Shown here piece by piece: positions 1 to 10,455 of a stretch of DNA of 64,000 bases. Position numbers and translations under genes: made by a program. Each line of letters begins with the position of its first letter. The first letter of the stretch is position 1. The notes under the pieces are model-generated. The model had not been told where the DNA came from. It made no database searches and saw only the letters and a program-made list of their open reading frames with translations. This DNA comes from Coniocarpon cinnabarinum. Its lineage: Eukaryota. The DNA lies in NCBI GenBank assembly GCA_051942205.1, contig JAVECO010000088.1, positions 1 through 64,000 of the forward strand, written 5' to 3'.

Positions 1-372
1 GCTTAGGGAGGGGTAGGGAGGGTGGCAATGGTTTCGGGGGTTGGAGGTGTGATGATTGGATTGTTGGCTTGGGTCTGTGGATGTGTGTCAATGATTGGAT
101 GATGTGGCTGTATGTACCGCTGCTGGGGTGGTGAGTGTTTCGCGTGCATTTATGAGCAACGACTGGTTGTACATCTGAAAGGTATTTGGGACGAGGACAC
201 GAGCTTCAAACCGGATCAAGTGGCTCATGAGGACTTTCACGAGCACGTCTGGTGTTCGCTTGTAATTGTACAGGTCGCCTGGCCTTCGCGGTAGGCAGAT
301 CTAGATTCTATGGTTTTACACGCGTAGGAGATCCCATATGGCTTTCAGAAACCAACCAGTGCACTCGAGCAC

Positions 373-2589
373 TCACTGCCCACCTAGATCTCCTAGCCCC
401 TCTGAGCCACCCTGGAACAGGGTCATGTCGGAATCTTTGAGTTCCTGACTTGAGTACTCCTGTCCGTATCCAGGCAGGTCCATTGTAGCGCTCGGGGTCG
501 TCGCAGGCGCACTAATGTTTCCAGTGCCAGTAACGCCGCTCATTACGCTTCCAGGCCTACTCGCGGGTCTGCTGCTGCCATCCATCCAGTCACCAACCCC
601 ACTGCCACTAGAACTGCCAGGTCTCATACCGTCACGACCCTCATCGAGCCCCTTGTGTACCTTGAATTCACTCGGCACGGCCCGACCAAAGGCATCTTCC
701 CTCCTCTCGACTCTCGTATCTGCAGCTCGATGCTTACGCTGCGATGTTCGTGGATCGATGACAGCGTTTGGCGCCTGCGCGTGCGGCTTGTTGCAGTCGC
801 CATGTCCGTTCATGTAGCAACACGCGTCAGCCATGTCACCTCGTATCTGACGCTGAGCAAAAGCCTGGGGGTCGAGGATGGGTAGCAAAAGTGATGACTC
901 ATACCACCGTCCCTTGATCTCGTCCATGCCGAGGCGAACGTTCTTAGAGGTGATTCGCCAGAAGGAGCTGAAGCGGCGTTTGGGATCGGCGATGGCTTCA
1001 GTGATTTTATTACGGAATTCGAGTTCAGAGCGAACACGGGAGGGGAGGTGAAGATCGTTCTGCGGGATGTTTTGAGGCTCGAGTTGAGCGATGGCAGGGG
1101 AGTACGTGTCGCCCACGAGAATAATGCGAGTCTGCGAATTAGCCGGGTATGCGTGGCTACCAGCGTTGTTAAGGATGGGCTGTTCGACGATGTCGTGAAG
1201 GACCATGATATCCATAGGAAACTGATGATACCGCAACCGAAGAGCGTCACCGACCCAGATCTTCTCGGCGCCGATGAAGATGCCGTTGTAGTGAGTCTCG
1301 CGACCCTGAGGTTGAGGAGTGTTTGGGATTGGGCTCGTGCCTGTCGGATCGAAAGGGGCGTAGGTTGTTTCGGCTTGGCAGGCGGCCAGAATGGATCCAT
1401 CAACCTCGCCATCACCAGCCCCATAGCCACCGTGAATGTATCTCTGCCAGTCGACAGTGCTGTAAGAGTGGGATTGATAGTTGGTTTGAGGCGATGGATG
1501 CAGCCCGGACGCGGTAGTAGGCGGTGGTGACCAGGCCAACCATGGACGAAGCTGAGAAGGTGGAAGGTCGAGTGTGTTAGGTTGGTGGAAAGGATGCGAG
1601 AGAGGTTGTATGCGGTAAGGTGAAGGCTGCTTTTGGTCGTTGTCACGCTTGGCGATCACGCCCAGACCCCACGCCATGCCTCTCTTAAACCAAACTACTT
1701 CGCCAGGACGGTAGAGAAACTTGCCAGGTTGAAAGTCGAGACGTTGCTCCATGGTCCTCGTACGAGGCAACATCTGAGGTTCGTACATGGGTTTCCCCGT
1801 TGGACGTTGAGCGTTGGGTTGTTGGGCAGAAGTGGGCCGTCCAATGGGCGAAATGAGCTCCTGAACTTGTGGTTGTTGAACTGCAGGTTTGCGTTCCTTC
1901 GGCGGCTGTTTTAGTACATCACTAGGTCGGCTAAGCGCAGGTGCTTTCTGCTTCGTATCTGCAGGTTCAGCGGGAGCCGCTGCCTTGGGTTGCTTCTCCT
2001 TCTCCTTGTCCTGTTCCATTTCCTCGGGTGTGCAGAATTTGCAGGAGCAATTGTTCGGATCGCCAGCCTCATCCGTCACAAGCCAAAGCAAATGTGGAAA
2101 GAATTCATTCGGACTTCGATAACGTTTCTTTCGACCAGTGGGGTATCCATATAGATATGCATCCTGTCGGTCATTCGCACCTGCGGCATGATTTTTGGAA
2201 GTTTTGGAAGATTGACTCGATTCCCCATTGGCTTTGAACTTCACGTGTTCGTACAGGCGGTAGTTCTCAGGCAAATCGGCCAGGATGTAGCTTCTGTCTT
2301 GCGCTTCATCAGTCATGTGTCTAGGTGTCGCATGGTTCAAGATTGATAGTCTACCTTTAGGCTCTTTGGCGCCGATCTCTTTCATGAGCATGCCCCCCAG
2401 CTTGCGTCGCCAATCGAGCACCTTGAGGTCGTCTGTCTTGCATAGACGGTAAAAATCGCAGATGCCTTGAGCATTGGCTGTCTGGTTGAGCTGGTCTTTG
2501 GTTGGCTCGTTCTGCTCTGTTGTTCCATGGACTTGGACTTGGAGCTTGCCATCGGAGCGTCGGACGTACAATGGATAGTATGGCGCCAT
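373..2589 (-). CDS. clr2: Cryptic loci regulator 2 (Clr2)-like transcriptional silencing protein
   Basis: Long ORF with a Clr2-type N-terminal motif (YLYGYPTGRKKRYRSPNEFFPHLLWL...CSCKFC) and a C-terminal block (GIFIGAEKIWVGDALRL...IKGRWY). The first ATG is at 2589 (MAPYYPLYVRRSDGK). A 57-nt in-frame intron is probable at 2354-2298 (GTAGAC...CTGAT...AAG). Confidence 0.8.
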   Translation of the reverse strand: MAPYYPLYVRRSDGKLQVQVHGTTEQNEPTKDQLNQTANAQGICDFYRLCKTDDLKVLDWRRKLGGMLMKEIGAKEPKGRLSILNHATPRHMTDEAQDRSYILADLPENYRLYEHVKFKANGESSQSSKTSKNHAAGANDRQDAYLYGYPTGRKKRYRSPNEFFPHLLWLVTDEAGDPNNCSCKFCTPEEMEQDKEKEKQPKAAAPAEPADTKQKAPALSRPSDVLKQPPKERKPAVQQPQVQELISPIGRPTSAQQPNAQRPTGKPMYEPQMLPRTRTMEQRLDFQPGKFLYRPGEVVWFKRGMAWGLGVIAKRDNDQKQPSPYRIQPLSHPFHQPNTLDLPPSQLRPWLAWSPPPTTASGLHPSPQTNYQSHSYSTVDWQRYIHGGYGAGDGEVDGSILAACQAETTYAPFDPTGTSPIPNTPQPQGRETHYNGIFIGAEKIWVGDALRLRYHQFPMDIMVLHDIVEQPILNNAGSHAYPANSQTRIILVGDTYSPAIAQLEPQNIPQNDLHLPSRVRSELEFRNKITEAIADPKRRFSSFWRITSKNVRLGMDEIKGRWYESSLLLPILDPQAFAQRQIRGDMADACCYMNGHGDCNKPHAQAPNAVIDPRTSQRKHRAADTRVERREDAFGRAVPSEFKVHKGLDEGRDGMRPGSSSGSGVGDWMDGSSRPASRPGSVMSGVTGTGNISAPATTPSATMDLPGYGQEYSSQELKDSDMTLFQGGSEGLGDLGGQ

Positions 2590-2943
2590 TGTAGCCGCGC
2601 CCTTCGATACGTCGCCTGGCGCAATCACCGTTGGGTGCTTCGCTGAGTCTAATGCCCAAACCAAATAAGATAACTCTAGAGGCTCAGACTATTTGGAGCA
2701 CGATCGACGCTGCAAGCGAATACGTGGCACCTTATGAGGGCAATTTGGAGAGGAAGGAGTGCCACATGTTTGGCTATTTCCTTCTGGATAGCTATATGTA
2801 ATAGGTGACTTGTTTGTTTTCCTATCTCAAGCTCACTGTTTCGTCAACTTCCCCGGCATCCCTAATATCATGTATTAATAGAGCATTGGGCGGCGTAGGG
2901 ACTAAACTACATAGCATCAAGTCCTTCATGATCTCATTTAGCG

Positions 2944-4629
2944 ATGGTTCAACATGACGACATCTACACCGCGAATTTCGACCTTATCTGCACCCTCCCA
3001 CTCTCAACCGATCTTATAGCTCTTGCAGCGCATCCGACACGCCCATTGCTCGTCGTAGGCTTCGCTTCGGGCTATGTCCAAGCCTACAAGCTCCCAGAGG
3101 ATTCGTCCACATCAGCAAATACAGACGAAAACAACGGACGCAAAACGTCTCTCGAGCACCATCCTAGCAAAGCCGAATCTAATCATGTCAAATTCAGCTC
3201 GAAGTTTGACAATGCACGACAAAAGTCGCCGACGAAGAAAGCTCAACCACGACGAAGTAGCTTAGCAAGTTCGACGACTTCACCTCCACCTAATGGCCAT
3301 GCTATGATCGAAACTGTGTGGAGAACACGAAGACACAAGGGAAGCTGTCGTGCTTTGGCTTTCAGCACGGATGGTATGACACTCTTTTCGGCGGGAACAG
3401 ATGGAATCATCAAGGCTGCGGATGCTGAGACCGGGAAGGTTGTGGGCAAGACATTGATACCGACCGGTCGTCTCCCAGTCCATCCAAGCCGCTTGTTGGC
3501 ACTGAATCCGAGGTGTCTACTGCTCGGTGATGACGAAGGTGGCGTTCACGAGTACGAGCTTGAAGAAACACCGTTCGCATCGGAAGCGGGAGAAACAAGG
3601 CATGCACCTGTTGGCACACAGCCCAAGAAAACGCAGTACCCGCACCGCACAGAAGGGAGAGAGAAGGCTAGTGACCCTATCACAAGCCTCACCGCACTAC
3701 CGCCAAGTGGTGCAAGCACGTCAAAAATATGTCGTTCCTGGATTAGTACGGCGGGATCAACGGTGGCGGTCAGCGATGCTTTCAGAGGTGTTGTGGCTTG
3801 CAGCGACGAACAGGGCGCAGGCAAGGAGCCACTGGAAATGCTGAGCTGCGCATGTCTGACCCGAAAGACGCATGCTAAGGGTGACCCAACCTCTCGAAGC
3901 GGTCAGAAAGCCAAAAAGGGAGAGAAAAAAGACTTTGATAACCATGAGGTGGTTATGATAATTGGAGACTCGTCTGGTGGATGCTCAAACTGGCCTCGTG
4001 GCCAATGGCAGAACCGGACCGGTCATACTAATATCCGAAGAAACATCAAAGTCCCTGGTCTACCGACTGAAGACTTTGGAGTCGAATGCGTTGCCATTGC
4101 TCCTCCTTGCCGGGAAGATCCACACCCGCTCATTGTAGCTGGCCTAGCAATTGGCAGAATTCATTTCCTCAGGTACGATGATAAGGGAAGGCTGAGAATT
4201 TTGCACAGCGAGTACCCGCACGATGATCAAGGTCTGGACGGCTGCAATGCAGTCGTGTTTGATGCTCAAGGAAGAATGATTTCAGGTGGTGGCGCGATGG
4301 TGAAGATTTGGCGTCGGAAGTTTGAGACCTCAGAGGTGGATGTGCTTGCTGACATAATTGGGGATGAACCAGCTGCGGACACACCAGAATCCGACGATGA
4401 CTCCGGCGAGGACATTTTGCTCAATGGAGTACGGCAGCGCGGCGGTTCTGATGAAGACGAAGCTGGTCTTGAAAATAGACGTACTGGAGATGACTCCGAT
4501 GATGAGCTTGGCCAAGAACCAAAGCGGAAGCGAAAAGCCAAGATAAATAGCAAAAAGAGGAAACGAGGACGCGGCAAGGACGATGGACGAGGCGATCACG
4601 GCATTCTGAAAGTGAAAGGACTCATTTAG
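2944..4629 (+). CDS. JIP5: WD40-repeat protein JIP5-like
   Basis: 561-aa ORF with WRTRRHKGSCRALAFSTDG..LFSAGTDGIIKAAD, an ISGGG..VKIW repeat end, and an acidic then basic (NLS-like) C-terminus, as in fungal JIP5. Confidence 0.85.
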   Translation: MVQHDDIYTANFDLICTLPLSTDLIALAAHPTRPLLVVGFASGYVQAYKLPEDSSTSANTDENNGRKTSLEHHPSKAESNHVKFSSKFDNARQKSPTKKAQPRRSSLASSTTSPPPNGHAMIETVWRTRRHKGSCRALAFSTDGMTLFSAGTDGIIKAADAETGKVVGKTLIPTGRLPVHPSRLLALNPRCLLLGDDEGGVHEYELEETPFASEAGETRHAPVGTQPKKTQYPHRTEGREKASDPITSLTALPPSGASTSKICRSWISTAGSTVAVSDAFRGVVACSDEQGAGKEPLEMLSCACLTRKTHAKGDPTSRSGQKAKKGEKKDFDNHEVVMIIGDSSGGCSNWPRGQWQNRTGHTNIRRNIKVPGLPTEDFGVECVAIAPPCREDPHPLIVAGLAIGRIHFLRYDDKGRLRILHSEYPHDDQGLDGCNAVVFDAQGRMISGGGAMVKIWRRKFETSEVDVLADIIGDEPAADTPESDDDSGEDILLNGVRQRGGSDEDEAGLENRRTGDDSDDELGQEPKRKRKAKINSKKRKRGRGKDDGRGDHGILKVKGLI

Positions 4630-5451
4630 CGAAGTAACACTTCGCCTGACCAGGCTCCATTTGTTGTCTCTGCAGCAGAATGGTTGGCGCGCTCGAAATC
4701 CGGCAACGTAGATTCTGCAAGGCGCACAGTTTGCAATGCATAGCATCTGCTTAGAGATACCCCAAGGAATATATAGAAGGTGCGTTCTAAGTCCACTTGC
4801 CAGTACTGACATATCCGAACCTGTTTTGGGAATGTCAATATGATCAACATGGACTGGCAGCTTTGCCGTGCGATGTTACCAGGAACCCGAGTAAAGCATA
4901 GAGGCAGCATTCACGACCAGTCGATTAAGCCACAAGCGGCCTCTCCCGCTTTCACTCGAAGCATAATCCTCACCTTGCATGGATTTTCAGGAGATCCCCA
5001 CAGCCTTGCGTGCCGCATATGTAGCGTGACGGCAAAAGTTGGCGCTTCGATACATTAGGCACATTTCGTACTCGGGTCTCCTAACCGCGGTATGCTTTCA
5101 TCCTAAAGCGAAAGCAACAAGGACTCTTGAAACATCGTGCACTATTCCACTGGACAATGTGCTCTTGACATTGAGCGCTTGAGGCTCGCTTGCACCGAGT
5201 ATACAAACTTTGCTTGGCCGTGCATGCCGTCGTCAGCGGTAAGTCTTTGTATGCACCGAACAGGAGTTCGCGCAGGTCCTTTGGGAGTAACATATAAACG
5301 TTTACTTTGTCGTCGTGACCACGCGTAGAGACGCTGCGAGAATTGTTCGCACGTGCTTTCTTCTAGCTGAGTCTTTCATTCCAATCAAAGAGCCCGAAAA
5401 GACTCGCGATCTTGAGCTCCGTCTTGACCTCATTGTAAGGCAGTCGAAATC

Positions 5452-6458
5452 ATGCATTCCTATACCATTCTTCTTCTCGGCTTTGTTGGCAACACTCTCG
5501 CAATGCCCCAAGCACCTTCTTTCACCACCGATCCTTCCCCTCCCATATCCGCCTCCCCAATATCCACGCCCCCCATATTCACGGCCAATCCAAAGCTTGA
5601 CAAGCGTGCTTCCTGCAGCACTCCTGACGGCGATGGAACATGTGTATCCACGACCTCTTGTGACGGGTTTAGTGTTCCCGGTCATTGCCCAGGTGGCACC
5701 GACATCCAATGCTGCGTCTCGAAGACCTGCTCAAACAGCCAAGGCAGCGGCACATGCCTGGACACTAGCAAAAGCTGTAGCGGAGGCAGCTTCACGCCAG
5801 GCTTGTGTCCTGGCGATTCTTCAATCCAAGTATGTCTTGACGCTTTCCTGTATTGCTCTCTTCGGATCGGTATACTGACTTCAACAGTGTTGCCTCAAGG
5901 GCTCTTCATCTTCGCCGGCACCAGCACCGAACCCAAATGACCCTCATCCCCTTAATGACGCCTCTCTTCAACTGATCGAGCAGCTTGAAGGGTTTCGAGA
6001 GAACTCATATGTTATTGACGGCGACAAGACGCTTGGCTATGGCCATGACTGCACCCAACGTGGCGACTGCGCCAAGATCCCTGATCCAATTACCAAAGCG
6101 CAAGCGCAGGATCTGCTGAAGCAGGATCTCGTGGGCTACGAAAGTTGCGTGTGTCAGCAGCCGAATGCTGGCAAGCTAAATGCGAATCAGTATGGTGCAC
6201 TGACGAGCTTCACCTACAATTCTGTAAGTCGGGCTTGTGTCACAAAACTCTTGCCTATGTAATTTGCACGCTGACACTTGTGACTAGGGATGTGGCGGAC
6301 TGAAGGATGCGTTTGGCAGTTACTTTGAGAGCGGTGATTTTGCCGGTGCTTGTGCGGCTTTGCCTAAAACGTACACGAATGGGGGCGAGTTAACGAGTCG
6401 ACGACAGAAGGAGCAGGCGTTGTGTCAGACTGCGACGAGTGACAAGAGCGGCTGCTAG
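5452..6458 (+). CDS. Secreted GH24 (phage-type) lysozyme/muramidase with two N-terminal Cys-rich modules
   Basis: Exons 5452-5829, 5888-6223 and 6288-6458 (GTATGT..CTGAC..CAG; GTAAGT..CTGAC..TAG) splice in frame. The product has a signal peptide, a KR processing site, two CPG..IQCC modules, then LIEQLEGFRENSYVIDGDKTLGYGH...NANQYGALTSFTYNSG...LTSRRQKEQALC (GH24 motifs). Confidence 0.88.
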
Positions 6459-7071
6459 TGTCATGGAAGGCGTTGCCAGTGTGTCTGATGAGCGGGCTTC
6501 AAGGAACTCAATTATAACGTAGGTTGATAAAAATCCGATTCAACGGATTTCTTTACACAGTTGGGTGAGAGCCCGGACGATAAGAACACTACGGGTCACC
6601 AAGCTATAAGTGCAACGGCGAAAGCTCTTTGTCGGTCGTAAGACGCTGAACTGTTGTGCGGGAAGCACCATCCTACGAGGCTCTTGGTGCTTACGCTGAA
6701 GCGAATTGTTTGGTATGAGTGTCAATAAACCCGGGTCCTTTGGATCGAAAGCTGTGGACGCGAGGACACCTTTCGGAAGCTACTTTAACTCAGACTGCGC
6801 ATCAGATCGTACTGGTGAGGGTTTCAGTGTTGTATATCTCGTACGTGTCTAATCATAGGGTTGAGCACAGCTTCTTAAGTTGAAAAGGAGCTGCAATGCC
6901 TTTATTCGTCCCTACCTTATAGCGGTGTCAATGTTTTCGCAGGATGATCTCTTTTCTCTTGGTTCTGAGAGATTAATGGTCCAGAAAGGTATTCCAGATG
7001 CAACATTGCAAGGACATGACACAAGAACAAATATATATTGTAAATGAGGAATGCAGAGGGTCACATGACAA

Positions 7072-7254
7072 GCGTTGATGGTTTAGGTTGGTTAAGGATG
7101 ATACCTCCTTCTCCGTGCTGCTACTAACGGAATAAAAAGTGGTAAAATTCGTCGTTGCCATCGACGAGCCCCGGGTTCGATTCCCGGTGAGTTTGCCCCT
7201 GTCCTCAAGCATGGGGAAAGAACTTGTGCTAACTCAAGGGTGAAGGTCGACGCA
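7072..7254 (+). tRNA. trnG-GCC: tRNA-Gly(GCC) interrupted by two spliceosomal-type introns (7087-7139, 7187-7245)
   Basis: Exons 7072-7086, 7140-7186 and 7246-7254 join to GCGTTGATGGTTTAG|TGGTAAAATTCGTCGTTGCCATCGACGAGCCCCGGGTTCGATTCCCG|GTCGACGCA (71 nt). Acceptor stem GCGTTGA/TCGACGC; D-stem GTTT/AAAT; anticodon stem CGTCG/CGACG with loop TTGCCAT; T-stem CCGGG/CCCGG with loop TTCGATT; discriminator A. Confidence 0.9.
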
Positions 7255-7274
7255 TAGTTGTATGGATTGGTCTC

Positions 7275-7279
7275 TTTTT
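7275..7279 (+). terminator. Putative RNA polymerase III terminator (T5) of the tRNA-Gly gene
   Basis: TTTTT lies about 20 nt downstream of the tRNA 3' end and is followed by a further T-rich tract. Confidence 0.6.
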
Positions 7280-8029
7280 GTACTTTCTTTTGTCTTGGCT
7301 GTGTTCCTTCGCCAACATTCGTCAAAGATACGTAAGCGGCACTCTGGTGTTTATGCAGAGAGATAAGACAAATATTGAACTCGAAAGACATGACTTGAAT
7401 ATGACATCAAATTTTTTGGCCGCGAGCTTGTTGAAGCTGTAGTGGGACCTAGCGTACGGGCAACACGGCTGCATCATCACGATTCTGTCAAGGTACATTG
7501 GGCAGTATGTGAAGATAAAGGTGACATTCTAAACAATGTACAGGCTGTCAAGCTGATGTTACAGGTCCTCAGCTTCTGGGAAAGGGGAGTAACGAGATGT
7601 CGAACAGACGATCGGGACTCGGCCAGCGGAGCCATAAGAGGCAAGTGGCGCTTCCGAGATACGGAGTCACGGAGTTGTCGGGAAGTGGGGCTCTGGCTAC
7701 GGGTGCCGCGCCCGGTCCAGACGTCAGGCCCGCCAATAAAGCTTGGCATGTCAGTTTTTGGTTGTCTAGCTTTGTTGAGGTCTTGATATCTCCGGCTTTT
7801 GTAGTGCGAAGCACCTCAGCTGAGTCTCTTACCCTTGTCTTTCACTCTCGCCCACCATACGTGTACCGCTTGGCGACAAGACTCACGCTTACCGCAACAG
7901 TCCCGTGGACATCTTCGGGGTCGTTAAGACGTTTCCCGACCTCTTCACCGTTCTTTCACCTTGTCCTAGATCTTCAGTCAAGCTACCGCTCCACGTCAAC
8001 AATCGCCAGTTCTCGTGTCGCAGTTGACA

Positions 8030-9759
8030 ATGGCAAGCGCTTTGGATCATCTTGAGAATCGCACGCGGACGGAATGGCTCAGCCAACTCAACACGCAATA
8101 TGTGCCTCCCAAAAACCACCGCCGGACGTCTATCATCTGCACCATTGGGCCCAAGACAAACTCGGCAGAGAAGATCAACATGTTGCGAAGAGCGGGACTC
8201 AACGTTGTTCGCATGAACTTCTCCCACGGCTCGTATGAGTACCATCAGTCTGTGATTGACAACGCAAAAGCTGCCGAACAGTCTCAACCGGGACGCCCGC
8301 TGGCAATTGCGCTGGACACCAAGGGTCCTGAAATCCGCACTGGCAACACTGTAGACGACAAGGATATTCCGATCAAAGAGGGTGCCGAGATCAACATCAC
8401 GACGGACGAGAAATACCGCGCGGCTTGTGATGACAAGAACATGTGTGTCACTGTCTGACTGTCGTTCGTATAAGCTGCCGCTAACTGTTGGGAAGGTTCG
8501 TCGACTACGGCAATATCACACGGATGATCGAAAAAGGCCGTACCATCTACGTGGATGACGGCGTGCTCTCTTTTGAAGTGCTCGAGATCAAAGACGACAA
8601 GACTCTTCGATGTCGGTGCATGAACAATGGCAAAATCTCTTCGCGCAAGGGCGTCAATTTGCCAAAAACAGATGTAGACCTGCCTGCGCTGTCGGAGAAA
8701 GATCAAAACGACCTCAAATTCGGTGTCAAGAATAACATTGACATGGTCTTTGCGTCCTTTATCCGCACTGGAAGTGACATCAAAGCCATCCGGAGGTGCC
8801 TCGGAGACGAGGGAAAAGAGATTCAAATTATTGCCAAGATCGAGAATCAACAAGGCGTGAACAATTTTGATGACATCCTGAAAGAGACTGACGGTGTGAT
8901 GGTGGCTCGAGGTGACCTAGGGATCGAGATTCCTCCGGCACAGGTCTTCATTGCGCAGAAAATGATGATTACGAAATGCAACATGGCAGGCAAGCCCGTT
9001 ATCTGTGCCACACAAATGTTGGAGTCGATGACATACAATCCTAGACCGACCAGAGCTGAAGTCAGTGATGTCGGAAATGCTGTCTTCGACGGCGCGGACT
9101 GTGTCATGCTTTCTGGAGAGACAGCCAAGGGTGATTACCCCAAGGAATCAGTGACCATCATGCATGAGACTTGTCTACTGGCCGAGATTGCAATACCATA
9201 TCTGGCGTTCTTCAATGAGATGAGGTCACTTGCGCCTCGCCCAGTTCCGACCGCGGAGAACTGTGCCATGGCTGCCGTGAGCTCGGCATTGGAACAGAGT
9301 GCTGGCGCGATTCTTTGCTTGACGACAAGGTATGACTGTGAAGGTATTTCATGTGGTCCAGACTGACAGGTTCCAGCGGCAACACTGCCCGATTAATCGC
9401 CAAATACCGACCAATCTGTCCCATCATCATGGTCACCCGAAATGCGAGAGCCTCACGGGTAAGTCGCTCCCATGCTGCTCAACACTGCATTTGCTCACCA
9501 TATCTAGTACTCCCACCTCTATCGCGGGGTCTATCCCATTCTTTTTGACGAGCCTAAGCCAGACTTCAAGAAGACACCATGGCAAGAGGACGTAGACCGT
9601 CGATTGAAGTATGGTATCATGAACGCGCTGAAGCTTGGCGTAATGAGTCGCGGCGATGTTGTGGTATGTGTTCAGGGTTGGCGAGGTGGCATGGGCCATA
9701 CAAACACGCTGCGTATTGTGCCTGCTGAGCCAGACCTGGGCTTAAGTGCAGAGGCGTGA
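8030..9759 (+). CDS. pki1: Pyruvate kinase
   Basis: Exons 8030-8442, 8496-9329, 9377-9458 and 9508-9759. Motifs [67 protein letters not shown] and [10 protein letters not shown]. Confidence 0.97.
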
Positions 9760-10455
9760 GAGCGACGCTGCTTCAGAATGCAAGCAGATCGCTCGCCAAT
9801 GCCTCGGAAGAAGACGGATCCTCGGCCGAGAGATTCTTGGCACAAGATGGTTCGCGAGTCATGGGTAGACTGGCGTCACGTGTTATCGGCGCTCCATATT
9901 TCGGTCGCAATGTCTTTTCACTTCCTCGCGATACTCAATAGCCTAGAGTCTCAAAACTACTGCACACTCTCGATGCTTGCTTGAAAAGCTCTTGTCATCC
10001 AATAGCCATGCTTGAACTACCCTCGTAAGGATAACGCCTTCAACCTTCGTTGCCTCCCTCAAGCGTCTAAGTATCTCTTCCCTACTGCCCATGACAGCCT
10101 TCCGACGCCAGTCACTTCATGCTTTGAATTAAGCTGCAGCATTGCACTAGTTCCTCCTCGCTCTCGCTCAGCACATGACTTTCTTGCCGATGGTTCACTG
10201 AAGAGGCTAGCTGTTGTAGGGGTCTTTCATGATTTGCTGACTCTAACATGTCTAGGAAAGCACGAGCTTAGGTGCGTGCTGGCTCTAATACCTACCTAAT
10301 ACCCCTAATTTGTGGTAAAAGGCTCTGTCGACTACTTTCAAGTAATAGTACGGAGGTTTGGAACTGTATCACAAATAATACTTTCGAACGTGTGCTGCAT
10401 TGCGATTCGTTGATGGTAGCACCATTCAGCTCAAACCAAGGCTATCACGATCAGC

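Noticed and set aside
1..149. Possible minus-strand coding exons at the window start (ATG 149, intron-like GTACAT...CAG)
   Set aside because: Too short and low-complexity to support a call without the flanking sequence.
6973..7391. Minus-strand ORFs 6973-7212 and 7092-7391 (e.g. PGIEPGARRWQRRIL)
   Set aside because: These are antisense translations of the tRNA-Gly gene, not proteins.
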